This document shows positions 9,354 through 17,704 of a stretch of 54,097 nucleotides of DNA, one piece after another. A model generated the notes under the pieces. That model had not been told where the DNA came from. It made no database searches and was given only the letters and a program-made list of their open reading frames with translations. How positions within the stretch are numbered: position 1 is the stretch's first letter; every line of letters starts with the position of its first letter. The position numbers and the translations under genes are program-made. The stretch is from Chrysonvirus as5 (lineage: Duplodnaviria > Heunggongvirae > Uroviricota > Caudoviricetes > Straboviridae), in the IMG/VR virus record IMGVR_UViG_650627007_000001, positions 171,172-225,268 of that record. One strand, given 5' to 3'.

Positions 9354-9534
9354 ATAGTTTAGCTCGAACAAAACAATCCTTCGCTTCGATTAGCTTTTGT
9401 AAGCCGATCTTACGTTGTTCGTTGTCCGGTAATTCCGCAATCATCTTCTCGGCTAAGTCATGAAACGGCTTAGAGAATGGTTGCAGATGTTCCGGTAGGT
9501 GTTGATAACGAAAGTATTTTAACTGATCAATCAT
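9352..9534 (-). CDS. 60-aa helical protein, Acb2/Tad1-hairpin-like (candidate nucleotide sponge)
   Basis: YFRYQHLP...LP..EQRKIGLQKLIEAKDCFVRA; start 9534 overlaps upstream stop. Confidence 0.5.
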   Translation of the reverse strand: MIDQLKYFRYQHLPEHLQPFSKPFHDLAEKMIAELPDNEQRKIGLQKLIEAKDCFVRAKL

Positions 9535-9805
9535 CTTCCCATGATCGTTTTGCATTTCGACCATCACGACGAGGACGAGATTTGTCTTTCGCCGGGCGCT
9601 CGATGTGTTCCCGTTCTTCCATGACAGATTTGATCAGATCGTAATACTCAGCCAGAGTAGCAGCGCGTTCCGTGTCAGCTTGGGAGCTAGAATCATGTTC
9701 AGCGTGATATTCAGCAGCAGCCCGAGATTTCAGAACTACTTTACGCAGTGCATTCAGACGCTCGGTAGTGAGATTACGCAGTTTCTTTTCGCTAAGAATT
9801 TCCAT
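9527..9805 (-). CDS. Hypothetical protein (92 aa)
   Basis: AGGA RBS; ORF track. Confidence 0.75.
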   Translation of the reverse strand: MEILSEKKLRNLTTERLNALRKVVLKSRAAAEYHAEHDSSSQADTERAATLAEYYDLIKSVMEEREHIERPAKDKSRPRRDGRNAKRSWEDD

Positions 9806-9861
9806 CTTTATTTCCTACAGGTGGTTTAACTCTATCTCTCGATAGCTTGACTTAACAAGAT

Positions 9862-9982
9862 TGGAGGGGAAGGTGGGACTCGAACCCACATACGACAGTT
9901 TGATTTCGATTTAGTTGCCGTAAAGATTCTTGACAGAATCCGCTTTTTCGACTATTGCCTATACCGATTCGGCTACTTCCCC
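9862..9982 (-). ncRNA. tRNA scaffold with ~50-nt structured insert in the anticodon loop (Y-like module)
   Basis: Acceptor GGGGAAG/CTTCCCC+TCCA, D arm, T arm GTGGG-TTCGAGT-CCCAC; insert AAAAAGC-GGATTCT-GTCA-AGAATCT-TTACGGCAAC. Confidence 0.8.
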
Positions 9983-10000
9983 AAATTTTTAACAACACTA

Positions 10001-10115
10001 TGCTGGCGGTCTGGGATTCGAACCCAGGTTACAGGCTTAACAGGCGAGTATTTGTTGCGGAATACATTCTTATCAGAATGAATTTTACAGTGTCCTACCA
10101 CTAGACGAACCGCCA
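10001..10115 (-). ncRNA. Second tRNA scaffold with related anticodon-arm insert
   Basis: Acceptor TGGCGGT/ACCGCCA, D arm GTCT-AGTGGTA-GGAC, T arm CTGGG-TTCGAAT-CCCAG; insert AAAATT-CATTCT-GATA-AGAATG-TATTCCGCAAC. Confidence 0.8.
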
Positions 10116-10131
10116 GCATAATGCTGTTTGT

Positions 10132-10251
10132 TGACGCGATGCTGGATTCGAACCAGCGACGTTTCTCGGTGTGCCCACACTATACCGGATTCGAACCGGT
10201 CCCGATACTTCTCTGCGATCAGAGGCGCTCTCCCACTGAGCTAATCGCGTC
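10132..10251 (-). ncRNA. tRNA-like RNA containing two T arms
   Basis: GACGCGAT/ATCGCGTC acceptor, D arm GCTC-AGTGGGA-GAGC, T arms ACCGG-TTCGAAT-CCGGT and GCTGG-TTCGAAT-CCAGC. Confidence 0.75.
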
Positions 10252-10273
10252 AACAAAACAATCTTCTCATAGT

Positions 10274-10732
10274 TTACTTAGTTTGTAAACCTTTTTCTTT
10301 AAACTTTTTCACAGCAAGCATGAGGCTACAAATAGTTGACTGTATTTCGCCACTGTCTTTCAGAATCTTGCCGTTACCTCTGGTAATCAGAGTATAAACG
10401 TCTTTGATATCGTTCTGCATGATCGTTTTGATCATTTCATCACTATATCGAAGTTGCATGGTAAAGTCTATCATTTCTTTACCGGAAATGAGGTCTACCG
10501 ATAGTGTCACACCATGAACATAATCAGTGTTAACAACAACACGAACGATGCCATTGCCGTCGATTGAGATCATCGGAACACCAAGCGGACGTTCGTAATT
10601 GCGACGACACTCGGAATCTTTCTTTGCGAGATCGTCGCGACGTTTCGACTCGGCACTGACGCCAGTCAGTTTACCCTCTTCCACAATATCAGCATAGCTT
10701 TGCGGAAACAGAAACTTGATTAAAGATTTCAT
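10274..10732 (-). CDS. Hypothetical protein
   Basis: Start MKSLIK after GAGGA RBS. Confidence 0.8.
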   Translation of the reverse strand: MKSLIKFLFPQSYADIVEEGKLTGVSAESKRRDDLAKKDSECRRNYERPLGVPMISIDGNGIVRVVVNTDYVHGVTLSVDLISGKEMIDFTMQLRYSDEMIKTIMQNDIKDVYTLITRGNGKILKDSGEIQSTICSLMLAVKKFKEKGLQTK

Positions 10733-10760
10733 GATAACTTCCTCTCGTTTAGATGTCGCC

Positions 10761-10788
10761 ATTATAGCGACATCGGATTATCTGTCAA
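10761..10788 (-). promoter_or_regulatory. Early promoter TTGACA-N16-TATAAT
   Basis: Consensus hexamers; -10 box lies between 8-bp inverted repeats. Confidence 0.8.
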
Positions 10789-11127
10789 GTAGAAATACGC
10801 GATAACGATAAAAACTTTACAGACAATGTGCAGCATTTGATCCGCGAACAAGTTGATCTTGTTCTTGCACTTCATGAGATCGATAATCCAGTGGCTAATA
10901 AGCTCTGCCAAACTTAGCCAGACGCTCTGGGTTACGACATATACCACGACTGCATGAGTAGATGCGTGGGCAGTGAGCCAGTAAATCCAATGCACTCCAT
11001 AGAGTGGAGAGTTGACTGGATGCTTCCCCCTTGCGACGCTATCCGGTTGTAACGTGTAATCGGCAACAAAGTGGCCAATCATCAGCAGATATAAGATCTC
11101 AAACAATTTTGTCCATTTCTCCCACAA
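10762..11127 (-). CDS. DUF3307-like membrane protein
   Basis: GHFVADYTLQ, AH..TH, HWIID..K, DQMLH motifs. Confidence 0.8.
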   Translation of the reverse strand: MWEKWTKLFEILYLLMIGHFVADYTLQPDSVARGKHPVNSPLYGVHWIYWLTAHASTHAVVVYVVTQSVWLSLAELISHWIIDLMKCKNKINLFADQMLHIVCKVFIVIAYFYLTDNPMSL

Positions 11128-11359
11128 CGACCCGATACAGGTCTTCCGGTTCTTTCAGAACATCAGCGCCGATTGTGATGCTGAATGCTGCTTTCATTGT
11201 AAAAGCGTCCGAAATGATCTCGAATCGATAATCACCTTGTTCCAGATCTGTCCACAATTCATATCCAGCGAACGTTTCCGTCGGATGTTTGTCTTGCCAA
11301 TGATGGAGCAGCATAGATGCGGCTTCGCACATTTCCCGCATTTCTTTACAAGTCAGCAT
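11099..11359 (-). CDS. Hypothetical protein
   Basis: ORF track, co-oriented run. Confidence 0.65.
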   Translation of the reverse strand: MLTCKEMREMCEAASMLLHHWQDKHPTETFAGYELWTDLEQGDYRFEIISDAFTMKAAFSITIGADVLKEPEDLYRVVVGEMDKIV

Positions 11360-11573
11360 CTTTGCCCTTAACGATTAAGTAAACGTAATGACCATTTTGT
11401 GTTTGTTGCCGAGGATGAAATTCATATCCCAACTCCAACATATGACCATGATCGTTTGGACTTAGATAGTCATGTTGGTGGCAGTTGTCTTTGTCTGTGG
11501 TTACCAGTTTGTATCCAATCAATTCGATTGCGCGACTGAACTTGGTAATTTCAAGTGAATAATCAAAGGCCAC
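11346..11573 (-). CDS. Hypothetical protein (probable GTG start)
   Basis: ORF track; in-frame GTG at 11573 after AAGGA. Confidence 0.55.
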   Translation of the reverse strand: MAFDYSLEITKFSRAIELIGYKLVTTDKDNCHQHDYLSPNDHGHMLELGYEFHPRQQTQNGHYVYLIVKGKDADL

Positions 11574-11847
11574 TGTTCTTTCCTTGCATACGAGCGCGAC
11601 AGTTCGCAAGATGATTTTCAATCACGCGATCATCAGAAAACAGCTTCATATTCAGCGTGGTATAGAAGAAATCTCCTTCGCCCGCGCGAGAATGCAGCTT
11701 GAATTCCAGATCGCCATTGTCCGACATAGTTACATCATCAGCTTCCCAATTTTGATCGTCGTTCAGCTTGATTGAATCGGCATAGTTTACCAACGCCTTC
11801 TTGAATTCGTTGATGTTGTATATGAGTAAGTTGATATTAGTTGGCAT
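11563..11847 (-). CDS. Hypothetical protein (94 aa)
   Basis: ORF track, coupled. Confidence 0.7.
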   Translation of the reverse strand: MPTNINLLIYNINEFKKALVNYADSIKLNDDQNWEADDVTMSDNGDLEFKLHSRAGEGDFFYTTLNMKLFSDDRVIENHLANCRARMQGKNSGL

Positions 11848-12088
11848 TTGCTTCTACCATTTCTTTTACGCGCTCGATATGAGACGCGATTGATTGTTGA
11901 CTACGAAACAGATCGATATGCATACGATGCACCAGATCTTTACCATCATGTTCGAATCGAATCAAGAAGTTATTCTTGGTCATATCGAATCCGATATCAT
12001 CTTTGATGAATCGAATGCCATGGATTTTCTCCATCGCTTCGCCGTACATTTTCACATTTGCGAAAATAAATTCAATGATGGAACTCAT
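11837..12088 (-). CDS. Hypothetical protein (83 aa)
   Basis: ORF track, coupled. Confidence 0.75.
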   Translation of the reverse strand: MSSIIEFIFANVKMYGEAMEKIHGIRFIKDDIGFDMTKNNFLIRFEHDGKDLVHRMHIDLFRSQQSIASHIERVKEMVEANAN

Positions 12089-12089
12089 T

Positions 12090-12491
12090 TCATTCTCCGA
12101 ATTCAGCTTTCAGTTGCTTGTATTGCTCAAACCGTTGTTTCTTCTCGATTTCTTTGGCGCGATTCATTCGCTCAACGTATTCCGCATCGCGTTTTACGTG
12201 GTGTTCCAAATGCTTGGCGATCTCGGTTTCGATGTCTTTGATGATATCGCTTACTTCAACACCATCGATATTAACGTCGATGCAACAAACCGCGAAGTCA
12301 TCATTCCAACCAGTTTCGAACTTGACTTCCATGGTCATGTCTTCGATATCCACTTTAACAAAAGTCCACTTGACAGTCAAAGCGCGTTTGTTGCTTTTAT
12401 TCTCGAACTTGTCAACGATACCGTTCCAGTTGTTTTTCAGACCTTCAACGGTATTCAGGATAAGTTGGGAGTCTTCTTTTTTGATGAACAT
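12090..12491 (-). CDS. Hypothetical protein (133 aa)
   Basis: AGGAG RBS, downstream of promoter at ~12518-12546. Confidence 0.8.
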   Translation of the reverse strand: MFIKKEDSQLILNTVEGLKNNWNGIVDKFENKSNKRALTVKWTFVKVDIEDMTMEVKFETGWNDDFAVCCIDVNIDGVEVSDIIKDIETEIAKHLEHHVKRDAEYVERMNRAKEIEKKQRFEQYKQLKAEFGE

Positions 12492-12548
12492 AATGTTCTC
12501 CTTGTTTAGATATTGGCATTATTACATGACTCATACCAGTTGTCAAAC

Positions 12549-12574
12549 AAAAAAGGCACCCGAAGGTGCCTTTT
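12549..12574 (-). terminator. Intrinsic terminator after DUF2828 gene
   Basis: aggcaccttcgggtgcc-T6. Confidence 0.85.
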
Positions 12575-12575
12575 C

Positions 12576-14009
12576 TTAGTAGTCGATACCGACGTATCGG
12601 TCACTCATGATCTTGTCGAGCATGATTTGCAGCGGGTTGAAGTCCTTCGCACTCAGGATTGTCTCCATGATAGAAGGGCTGAAACCGGACACAAGCGCGG
12701 TACCGTTGTCATCCTTAGTCACCGGATTATTAGTCGGGCGCGGACACAGGTTCCAGAACACCAGCTTGGGCATTTCGTAACCAGCTTTGCGGTACTTCGC
12801 TTTGATCGATTCGAAGTTGGTTTGTTCACCAACACCGTAACGACGACGGCTGTAACCACCATCAGCCATGTTAAATTCCATGTCAGACAGAACAACCATC
12901 ATAGTCGGCATATCAGACTGGGGAACACGGTTGCGAACAGCGCGATCCAGAATGATATCGAATGCACCAGTGAAGTTGGTAGAACCACCCCACGGAGCAC
13001 GACTCAGATGCTCGACCATCGCTTTCAGATTGTCACCTTTCTGCTTGATGTTGTAGAAGCACGGATTATCATCGAATGTAATAATCTCATTCTGGAACAC
13101 ACCACGGGAACGTTCGCCGATATACAGACCCAGAGAGATCGCGATATCCATAGCAGACAGACCAGCAACAGCGGTCGGACAGCTCATGGAGCCAGAAACG
13201 TCGACCATTGCGATCACGTTCTCAGTAGAACCAGCCATCCAGTCGCGTTGTGCTTTCCATTGTGCGTCAGCAGCAACAGAAGAACCATTACGCAGAGACT
13301 TGATCATGTCGTACGGATATACCGCACTAGCGTTGATCTTGGCATCACCCTTTTTCAGAGATTCCAGATAAGCGACATAACGAGAGTTAGCGTTTTTCAG
13401 GAATGCTTTCTGATAACGAGCAGAAGCAACAGACGGCAGCTTACCGAAGTCGATGCCATCCCATTGACGAGCACACATCTTTTGTTCAACGGTATTCGAC
13501 AGACCAACGACCAGTTGACGATACTCTTTGGCAGTCAGGCTCATTGCCTTAGCCAGAATACCAGCTTCTTTGCCCTTACGAGGTGCCCACTTTGCAGCAA
13601 GACCATTACCTTTGATCGCGATAGCGTCAACCATGATCGCAACAGCAGCCTCGCCAATCGGAGAGTCAATCATTGCTACCACGTCTTTGAAGCGACCGAT
13701 TTCCGGAGTGTTCATCAAAACAACGGTCGCGTCAACTTCGTGGCGATTAGCCAGGAATTTCAGCAGACGGATGAATTGCTCACGCTCACCAGCGCCACCG
13801 CGAATATCGCGAGCCCATTGCAGAATGCGCACAGCCCAATCCGGAGATTCGGTATAAGCTTCCTGGAACATGCTAGTCAGATCTTTCCCGCGAGAGGAAC
13901 CAATCTGAGAAAACAGATTCAGACACTTATCACCGGTGGTGTAGTTAGTAACAGCACCGTTAGCAGTGCGGGCTTGAGCTTGCACCATTGCGTTCATAAA
14001 AGCAGACAT
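12576..14009 (-). CDS. DUF2828 family protein (TROVE/Ro60-related helical module + C-terminal vWA)
   Basis: N-term TANGA, WARDIRGGAGER, AAKWAPR, VYPYD; vWA MIDAS motif DVSGSM, WGGSTNF, LSDMEF, VFWNL, LVSGFSP. Confidence 0.85.
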   Translation of the reverse strand: MSAFMNAMVQAQARTANGAVTNYTTGDKCLNLFSQIGSSRGKDLTSMFQEAYTESPDWAVRILQWARDIRGGAGEREQFIRLLKFLANRHEVDATVVLMNTPEIGRFKDVVAMIDSPIGEAAVAIMVDAIAIKGNGLAAKWAPRKGKEAGILAKAMSLTAKEYRQLVVGLSNTVEQKMCARQWDGIDFGKLPSVASARYQKAFLKNANSRYVAYLESLKKGDAKINASAVYPYDMIKSLRNGSSVAADAQWKAQRDWMAGSTENVIAMVDVSGSMSCPTAVAGLSAMDIAISLGLYIGERSRGVFQNEIITFDDNPCFYNIKQKGDNLKAMVEHLSRAPWGGSTNFTGAFDIILDRAVRNRVPQSDMPTMMVVLSDMEFNMADGGYSRRRYGVGEQTNFESIKAKYRKAGYEMPKLVFWNLCPRPTNNPVTKDDNGTALVSGFSPSIMETILSAKDFNPLQIMLDKIMSDRYVGIDY

Positions 14010-14025
14010 TCAGAAATTACCTCTT

Positions 14026-14625
14026 TCAGGTTTGTTTGAATTGATCCCAGTTATAGGACAGTTTTTCTTTCCAGCACTTGCGACAGAACGAAACATAACG
14101 TTGTTCAGCGCCAATGCAAATTTGTTCACCACGACGAATAACGTTTCCATTATCATCAGTTCTAGCGACCATGCAGGTCTTACGTCCGCAGTCACATATG
14201 CCAGGGAGCTGGCGAGTTTCATCGGCTATTGCCAACAACGCTCTTGAGCCAGGGAATAGATTTCCTAGAAAATCCGTTCTGAGACCATAACACATGACTG
14301 GGATTCCGAGCTTATCAACGATATCAGACAATTCCCAGATCTGTTTTTCAGTCAGAAATTGAACTTCATCGACAAGCACACAATCAATTTTCTGTAGTTT
14401 ACTCTCAGTTTCTACCAAAGTAAACATATTTTCGTGAACGTGAACACACCGACATTCTCTTTGAATCCCAATTCTGGAACCGATTGTGTCTTTTGTTCTT
14501 GTATCAAACGCTGGCTTATAAAGCAAGACATTTTGACCACGTTCGTTGTAGTTATACGCAACTTGAAGCAATTGGGTACTCTTGCCAACATTCATTGAAG
14601 CGTATGTAAAGAAAAGTTTAGCCAT
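14026..14625 (-). CDS. tk: Thymidine kinase
   Basis: YASMNVGKST, VLVDEVQF, YGLRTDF..LFPGS, Zn site C.CG...C..C; start MAKLFF. Confidence 0.95.
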   Translation of the reverse strand: MAKLFFTYASMNVGKSTQLLQVAYNYNERGQNVLLYKPAFDTRTKDTIGSRIGIQRECRCVHVHENMFTLVETESKLQKIDCVLVDEVQFLTEKQIWELSDIVDKLGIPVMCYGLRTDFLGNLFPGSRALLAIADETRQLPGICDCGRKTCMVARTDDNGNVIRRGEQICIGAEQRYVSFCRKCWKEKLSYNWDQFKQT

Positions 14626-14675
14626 TAATCCCTCGTTTTTCGTTACTTTAACTCGCCTTCCGTGGCAAGTAAACA

Positions 14676-15020
14676 TCAGTAACAATATTTCGCTAAGAAC
14701 TCAGCCTTAGGGCTAGGCATCACGTACTTAGAGTGATTTTTAGGTAGCCGATATTTCACGCCGTTGCTATAAACCAACTTCTCTAGTGTCACAGTTTCTT
14801 TGCTGTAATCACCAATCAATTTACAGCTACCGACGTCTATGCTATACAGAGTTTCGCCTTGATACAAGAATGAAACATGAGCATTTCTATGATACCGGAT
14901 TCGATTTTCTTCTGGTACGTATCGAACGGAATCGGTAGTCACTTTGCGAACTGCGAGCGGCGGTCCGTCATCACAACCGATTAACAGAAGCGAGATTAAT
15001 ACTACCGAGATCCGTTTCAT
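14676..15020 (-). CDS. Putative lipoprotein
   Basis: Signal peptide with lipobox LIGC. Confidence 0.6.
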   Translation of the reverse strand: MKRISVVLISLLLIGCDDGPPLAVRKVTTDSVRYVPEENRIRYHRNAHVSFLYQGETLYSIDVGSCKLIGDYSKETVTLEKLVYSNGVKYRLPKNHSKYVMPSPKAEFLAKYCY

Positions 15021-15445
15021 TACAGCACCGGAACAACAGTGATCGCAGAGCTGGCGTTATCGCCGTCCATTTTCTTGGTATAGCTGACATAGACCATATT
15101 CATGTGCTCTTTGTCGTATACGCGGTCGATCACCATAGATTTGAAGAACAGACCCTTTTTCTGAGAAAAGATGTTCTTACGGGAAGTCAGTTCAACGCCG
15201 GATTCGAATGGTGCAGACACGCATTGCATAGCGACATCTGTCTGATCTTCGAAACTCAGAGAGCGAGACGGCAGATTCACATAACAGGTAACATTCGGAT
15301 AATCCGGGTCAGTGAACACTTCCACACTCAGGGTATCTTTGAATACCAGACCAGAAGTCTCGACTTCATACAGAGTGTCGGCTTTAACTGCACCGATAGT
15401 CAGCATAGCACATACGAACATCAGACCTTGACAAAACTTTTTCAT
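15020..15445 (-). CDS. CreA-family exported protein
   Basis: F.DPDYPNVTCYV, FSQKKGLFFKSM.I.R.YD...VYVSY pattern; signal peptide. Confidence 0.75.
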   Translation of the reverse strand: MKKFCQGLMFVCAMLTIGAVKADTLYEVETSGLVFKDTLSVEVFTDPDYPNVTCYVNLPSRSLSFEDQTDVAMQCVSAPFESGVELTSRKNIFSQKKGLFFKSMVIDRVYDKEHMNMVYVSYTKKMDGDNASSAITVVPVL

Positions 15446-15446
15446 C

Positions 15447-15650
15447 TTAAATTTCCTTAGCAATAAGATTGCAACCAACAACATAACACGATTTGCCATT
15501 GTATTTGAATGAGACAAAATCGCGGGTTATAGATAGATCATCAACTACCAGATTTTTAGCTGATGTCGTATGACCATTTTCATCCGGAATCCGATAATAG
15601 ATATCGGAACGTTGATCTTGATAAAAGATCGAAATAACATGTTGAGTCAT
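15447..15650 (-). CDS. Hypothetical protein (67 aa)
   Basis: ORF track, coupled. Confidence 0.65.
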   Translation of the reverse strand: MTQHVISIFYQDQRSDIYYRIPDENGHTTSAKNLVVDDLSITRDFVSFKYNGKSCYVVGCNLIAKEI

Positions 15651-15652
15651 TG

Positions 15653-15895
15653 TTAGTTACCTATCGCAATAGAACAAACCGCACCGGTAACATAATGCTT
15701 TACACCGTTCAGGACAAAATACCAGCCAGTATTATACCGCTCAATATCTTGAACGCGAAGATTGTTTACAGTGACACCACTTGGTGTCTTGACGTAGTTA
15801 ACACCGTTCTGATACCAGCATGTGATAACACCGTCTCTGGCAAACACGCTGCTATTAAACATCATCAGCGCAACAAATGCAAGAACTTTTTTCAT
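15653..15895 (-). CDS. Small exported protein
   Basis: Signal-peptide-like N-terminus MKKVLAFVALMM. Confidence 0.7.
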   Translation of the reverse strand: MKKVLAFVALMMFNSSVFARDGVITCWYQNGVNYVKTPSGVTVNNLRVQDIERYNTGWYFVLNGVKHYVTGAVCSIAIGN

Positions 15896-16116
15896 TTTTC
15901 ACCACATTTTTGTTTAAGACGTTCGATTTCTTTTACCAGAGCTTCTACGATATCGTGAGTATGTCGATAACCCTCGCCGCCTTGTGACCAACATGTGGTA
16001 CAGCAGTATTGATCATCAAAACCCATGCCACGACAATCAGGACAAGCTACCGTACCGTCGAACTCATTTTCTTCCAGCATACGATTGATCATATGCAGCT
16101 CATTTCGGTCCATCAT
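15892..16116 (-). CDS. Small Zn-finger protein
   Basis: CPDCRGMG...CTTCWSQG. Confidence 0.7.
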   Translation of the reverse strand: MMDRNELHMINRMLEENEFDGTVACPDCRGMGFDDQYCCTTCWSQGGEGYRHTHDIVEALVKEIERLKQKCGEK

Positions 16117-16394
16117 TGACCTTGTACGTCCATGAAAATATTGTCGCCGCCGTTCATCTTGATCATTCGTGTACCAACGTATACCAGCATGGTACCATGC
16201 TCGGACACGATGTCGCCACAGTCATGATACATGTTATTGGTAAACACAGCGGGACGAACACCAAACACGTTTTGGAACAATTGTTCAGCGTCGATATTGC
16301 GGTCATATCGAGTTTGACCAGCGACAATAGAAGTTACATTGTCCATCTTCTCGCCAATAGTTTTGTCCAGGTGATCTACTTGAATTGTATACAT
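16113..16394 (-). CDS. Hypothetical protein (93 aa)
   Basis: ORF track, coupled. Confidence 0.75.
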   Translation of the reverse strand: MYTIQVDHLDKTIGEKMDNVTSIVAGQTRYDRNIDAEQLFQNVFGVRPAVFTNNMYHDCGDIVSEHGTMLVYVGTRMIKMNGGDNIFMDVQGQ

Positions 16395-16395
16395 A

Positions 16396-16629
16396 TTAAA
16401 CCTCTTTGATTAGTTTGTCGCCAACTCGGACGACTGTTTCAAACTCAGAGCTAAAAGCAACAGAGTTGGAATACTTGGTGATTTTATAATGCAGCTCATA
16501 ACCGCGGTCACGGATATAAACTGTGCTTTCTTCCCCGAAGCTAACAGTAACATACTCGAATTTTTTCAATTCGTCAATGCTAAAGTCCTCTAGTTCGTCG
16601 ATAGAGTTCACAGCAAAATTAAGTCTCAT
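16396..16629 (-). CDS. Hypothetical protein
   Basis: GAGG RBS after promoter TTGATC-N16-TATGAT (16657-16684). Confidence 0.75.
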   Translation of the reverse strand: MRLNFAVNSIDELEDFSIDELKKFEYVTVSFGEESTVYIRDRGYELHYKITKYSNSVAFSSEFETVVRVGDKLIKEV

Positions 16630-16698
16630 AATTAACCTCACTTGGTTGATGTAGCCATCATAACAGGATCAAAATAAAGATCAACCACTTTTGGAAAT

Positions 16699-16722
16699 AA
16701 AAAATCCCGCCGAAGCGGGATC
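16699..16722 (-). terminator. Intrinsic terminator
   Basis: atcccgc-ttcg-gcgggat plus T-run on minus. Confidence 0.85.
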
Positions 16723-16725
16723 ATT

Positions 16726-17106
16726 TTACCACAATACGAACCATCGATATGCACACGTACGGTACTTTCTATCGCACATGATGTCAGCATCTTCCGCCGA
16801 CTCAAGACATATCGCCTTTAGTTGATCGCGTACTTTCGCACGGCCAAGATTCGCATACTCCAAAGCAGAACGATTTGAATAGTTCCCTTCTTTTGTGACC
16901 TCGCAATTATACCCACGGGAGATCTGACTATCTTCGCGCTCGAATTCTTGCCGAACATCCATCTTTAGACGTTCTTCGCGTAAATGCTTACGCCAATAAT
17001 CATACTTTCCGATCCGATAAAACACGTTATTATTGTCTTTCCAGAAATCGTTACCGATCAGGTATTTGCGTTCGGTTTTATTCTTTACTCTTACAGTTCT
17101 TGACAT
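16726..17106 (-). CDS. Hypothetical basic protein (126 aa)
   Basis: GGAG RBS. Confidence 0.8.
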   Translation of the reverse strand: MSRTVRVKNKTERKYLIGNDFWKDNNNVFYRIGKYDYWRKHLREERLKMDVRQEFEREDSQISRGYNCEVTKEGNYSNRSALEYANLGRAKVRDQLKAICLESAEDADIMCDRKYRTCAYRWFVLW

Positions 17107-17160
17107 TTTGATTCTCCGTGTTAGTTAAAACAACGGAAGAACCTGCCCTTATGACTAATC

Positions 17161-17325
17161 TTAGCCTTTATGTTTTGCAATCTCAATAGCCTGTAGTTGA
17201 TCTACCGCTTCTTTCCTAGTCTTGTGTGTACCAAGAACTTTAGTCTTAGCATGATTCAAGACCACCCATTCATCACCGCGTTTCTCGATGTATTCAAACA
17301 ACGTGGTAAAGTCTTTGAAATTCAT
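17161..17325 (-). CDS. 54-aa late protein with capsid-targeting-like N-terminus
   Basis: MNFKDFTTLFE; GGAG RBS; CTAAATA at 17432-17438. Confidence 0.7.
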   Translation of the reverse strand: MNFKDFTTLFEYIEKRGDEWVVLNHAKTKVLGTHKTRKEAVDQLQAIEIAKHKG

Positions 17326-17349
17326 ACAAATCTCCAAATAATTTAGGTG

Positions 17350-17423
17350 TAGTCGGGTGGGACTCGAACCCACAACCCGAACGGTTTCTGCCGTTCAGCT
17401 CTTCCAATTGAGACTTACCGATA
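17350..17423 (-). pseudogene. Degenerate tRNA-like gene (6-nt anticodon loop)
   Basis: T arm GTGGG-TTCGAGT-CCCAC; GAACGG-CAGAAA-CCGTTC stem; weak acceptor, no CCA. Confidence 0.6.
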
Positions 17424-17434
17424 ACACCTATTAT

Positions 17435-17704
17435 TTAGATCTCTTCCGCAGCGTCACATACCATTTCATGCAAACGGTCTTTGTTATCGCTAACGATAAG
17501 ACGGCGAGATTCGTTGATCTCACTGTGATACGGACACAACTGCCCATAACAAACATCAGCGCCGGATTTCATGATGTCGCGAATCTCGTCCGCGTCGTCT
17601 TCAATGTAATCCTCGTCAACGATATTCTTTCTCGCAAGAAATGCAATTATCTCCCAACGATAGTGAACTGTTTTTGTCTTATAGCCTTCAATCATCAGTT
17701 TCAT
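17435..17704 (-). CDS. Hypothetical acidic protein
   Basis: Likely start MKLMIEG. Confidence 0.7.
   Translation of the reverse strand: MKLMIEGYKTKTVHYRWEIIAFLARKNIVDEDYIEDDADEIRDIMKSGADVCYGQLCPYHSEINESRRLIVSDNKDRLHEMVCDAAEEI

Noticed and set aside
9862-10115. Group I intron or archaeal-type BHB intron in the tRNA inserts
   Set aside because: Inserts are ~50 nt, far too short for group I cores, and no clear bulge-helix-bulge was seen; splicing is left open only as an alternative.
9330-12574. Identical hairpin aggcacccgaaggtgcct at two sites
   Set aside because: Ordinary UUCG-loop terminator followed by an early promoter; reuse is common in T4-like accessory regions.
12513-14039. 508-aa plus-strand ORF
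   Set aside because: Antisense shadow of the DUF2828 gene.
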